Made by a program: the position numbers and the translations under genes. The notes beneath the pieces were generated by a model. It was given only the letters and a program-made list of their open reading frames with translations. It did no database searches and had not been told where the DNA came from. A stretch of 48,134 nt of DNA, filler included. It is 3 parts of 3 records of this genome, joined end to end, with 100 filler letters (N's around TTAATTAATTAA, not from the genome) between each part and the next. Parts side by side here need not be neighbours in the genome. Positions count along the whole stretch, not along the records: positions 44,135 to 48,134 come from SRR20825014_195; 2 more parts are not named here. One strand, written 5' to 3'. This document shows positions 45,820-48,134 of the stretch, in pieces (position 1 is the stretch's first letter; every line of letters begins with the position of its first letter).

Positions 45820-45910
45820 ATAAAAAAACACTAAAACACAAGTCTGAAAGGACGAGCAAACACAACACCACCCACATAGCAGAGCACACATACAACAACA
45901 ACAACATTCG

Positions 45911-47947
45911 ATGTCTCATACACCACCACCCGTTACCGTTCCTGACCAGCTTCCCATCATCGACACCGATGTGTCCTCTCCCCTCGGTGAGCGTCATCGT
46001 CAGGCCGTCTCCACATCCCGCCCCCAGTCCTCCTCAACTGGAGTAGCTCCCCGCCCCATAACATCAGCGGGAGGACCTGGTGTATCGAACTCAATGGCCA
46101 GCTTCGGGCAGAGTGACACTAACGACATTGTGCGCGTCGATGATGACGATGATATGATGGTAGGAGGGGACGGTGATGAAGATGATGATCCGTCAAGCCC
46201 TACTACATCCTTGGAGCTCGCCCTGTCTATGGCGGTGGAGCGGCCTAGCACTGCCGAGGTAGTCGTACCTGGTGCAGCAAATGCGAGGCCCGGCTCCAGC
46301 AGCTCCTCCCCCGGCATGGCTACTGCTACCTCCCACAACAATCAATCCTTCTCCTCCTCCCATCACTTTAGTGGAGAGGGGTCGGGGGGTAGTTGTGATG
46401 GGTTCAGCACGATGATTGAGGTGGGAGTGTCGTCGGAGCAGGGTGCTCGGAATACCATGGAGGATAGGCATCTAGCCCGCCTTGGGGATGCTAAGGCTGC
46501 CAAGAATACCGGTGCTGGCCTCCTCAAGAGCTCCATCGTCTCACCACCTCTCGGCTCTTCATCCTCCACTTCCCCTACCTGCCCCCCTCCTCCACCTGCA
46601 GCCTCCCCCCTTCCACCCTCCACTGCCAGTGATGAGAAGGACGGCGAAAAGCAGAAGGATGCGGCTGTTGCAGAGACCACCACAGATAGTCATACGAACT
46701 ACCACGAGGAGGACTCAGTTGCTAGTAGTGATGATGACAGTAGTGGTGATGATGTTGGCCCTGACCACATTGCAACCCTGGCCACTGCCCCAACTACCAC
46801 TAAGACTGGGGGAGATAGCGCCGCAGTGGTCAGTGGTGATAACAATACTGGAACTGATGCACACAGGGGTGCGTCCCCAAAGCAGGGTACTACCCGAGGT
46901 GGTGGTGGAGGTGTGGGAGCCCTCAGAGCTTTCCACCGTGCCCCATCCCCAGCAACCAGAAGGAAGCGTGATCAGGAGCAGCAACAGCAACGCGAGGATG
47001 AGGAGGAGGTGTCCCTGAGGGCCGAGGTGGAGGTTATGCCCGAGGAGGAGCTTGCCCAGGGCATCCCCTTCTTTGCTGTTTACGACGGCCATGGTGGTAC
47101 CAAATGTGCTTCCTACCTTCGCATGAAGCTTGCCCAATTCGTCCTCTCCCACCCCAAGCTCGTCACTGATCCCGAGGAGGCCGTCAGCGAGGGAATACTA
47201 GCTGCCGAGGAGGAGTTCCTAAGGCTGTTTGGAGAGACGGATGCATCTGGCGCCACTGCTGCTGTTGCACTATTCGTAGGGGATTCCCTCGTCACTGCTA
47301 ATGTTGGAGATACTGAAATCGTCCTGAGTAGGAAGGGTAAGGCAATCCTACTAAGCTCGAAGCACACCCCCAAGGACAACCCCGACGAGAAGCAGCGCGT
47401 CATCGATGCTGGTGGTAGAGTAGTGCATGGAGGCCGTGTTGGACATCCCCGCTTCAACCCCAATGTTCTCCATGTTGCATTATCTCGTGCTATGGGCGAT
47501 GCCCCCTTCAAATTACCTGAGCTGACCTTATCCAAGCCCAGCGGTATCATCGCTACCCCTGATACCTTCACAACCCCCATCCACCCAGAGGACGAGTTCG
47601 TCATCATAGGTTGTGATGGGCTCTGGGACGTCTTCACTTACCAGGATGCAGTCGATATTGGCAGGAAGATGCTGTTGGATGGTAAGCACAGTGCACAGAG
47701 CATATCCGAGGCATTAGTCCAGCAGGCTATCCAGGCCGGAAGTAGTGATAACGTAACGGTGTTGTTCTTGTTGTACAAACAGCGGCCTAGGAGCGCCTCC
47801 CACAGGCCTCCCTCTGCTATTGCGAGGAGATGGCAGTCAACGACATCCCCGTCATCTACACCACCCCCTACCCCCTCTGCAACACCACCCCCAGCACCCC
47901 AAGCACCAGAATCAACAAGCACCTCACCCCCCCGCCAGGAAGAATAG
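45911..47947 (+). CDS. Protein phosphatase 2C (PPM family)
   Basis: GARNTMED, AVYDGHGG, SGATA, ANVGD, SRAMGD, GCDGLWDV and GSSDNVTV motifs. Confidence 0.93.
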   Translation: MSHTPPPVTVPDQLPIIDTDVSSPLGERHRQAVSTSRPQSSSTGVAPRPITSAGGPGVSNSMASFGQSDTNDIVRVDDDDDMMVGGDGDEDDDPSSPTTSLELALSMAVERPSTAEVVVPGAANARPGSSSSSPGMATATSHNNQSFSSSHHFSGEGSGGSCDGFSTMIEVGVSSEQGARNTMEDRHLARLGDAKAAKNTGAGLLKSSIVSPPLGSSSSTSPTCPPPPPAASPLPPSTASDEKDGEKQKDAAVAETTTDSHTNYHEEDSVASSDDDSSGDDVGPDHIATLATAPTTTKTGGDSAAVVSGDNNTGTDAHRGASPKQGTTRGGGGGVGALRAFHRAPSPATRRKRDQEQQQQREDEEEVSLRAEVEVMPEEELAQGIPFFAVYDGHGGTKCASYLRMKLAQFVLSHPKLVTDPEEAVSEGILAAEEEFLRLFGETDASGATAAVALFVGDSLVTANVGDTEIVLSRKGKAILLSSKHTPKDNPDEKQRVIDAGGRVVHGGRVGHPRFNPNVLHVALSRAMGDAPFKLPELTLSKPSGIIATPDTFTTPIHPEDEFVIIGCDGLWDVFTYQDAVDIGRKMLLDGKHSAQSISEALVQQAIQAGSSDNVTVLFLLYKQRPRSASHRPPSAIARRWQSTTSPSSTPPPTPSATPPPAPQAPESTSTSPPRQEE

Positions 47948-48134
47948 CCACAGTATCAACGAAAAACAAAGCAGCACAGTCGGTCCTACAATCAAACTGA
48001 TTCGACGGTAGTGATTAAGTGGAAGAAGTTAAGGAATCTTCCCACCCACGACAGTTCCTCTACTCCCATCTAGTCACTGCTGCTGCCGCTGTTGTTTTAA
48101 ACTTATTGTCGTTATTCCTGGATGTAACAACCAT

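Noticed and set aside
45275..45823. 182-aa ORF upstream of PP2C
   Set aside because: GTG start, runs through pyrimidine tracts and UTR-like sequence, no motifs.
1..48134. CRISPR arrays, tRNA/rRNA, spliced-leader RNA genes, transposases or defence systems
   Set aside because: No repeat-spacer arrays, recognisable structural RNA sequences or mobile-element ORFs were seen by eye.

Overview
This window is not one contiguous locus. It is three unrelated contigs joined by two identical artificial 100-bp spacers (44 N + TTAATTAATTAA + 44 N, stops in all six frames) at 24432-24531 and 44035-44134. Contig 1 (1-24431) and contig 3 (44135-48134) are eukaryotic and look kinetoplastid (inferred): intronless genes all on the + strand, with polypyrimidine-AG trans-splice-like signals. 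They carry a partial low-complexity protein, a giant 6604-aa intronless ORF with an N-myristoylation-type start, a BspA/TpLRR-like protein with 25-aa repeats, the 3' end of a carnitine acyltransferase, and a PP2C with a large insertion. Contig 2 (24532-44034) is a gene-dense, intact alphaproteobacterial segment (Rhodospirillales/Thalassospira-like, inferred). It encodes DUF1489, a GcvA-like LysR regulator, a DUF1127 small protein, ppk2, a beta-hydroxyacid dehydrogenase, an S41 protease, an acyl-CoA dehydrogenase, lptF-lptG-lptD-surA-pdxA-rsmA, gmk, yicC, an SDR and mltG. It is most likely a co-cultured or associated bacterium binned into the protist assembly, not HGT. The best candidates for something new are (i) a LysR operator / DUF1127 / structured 3' RNA / ppk2 module and (ii) the giant protist protein.
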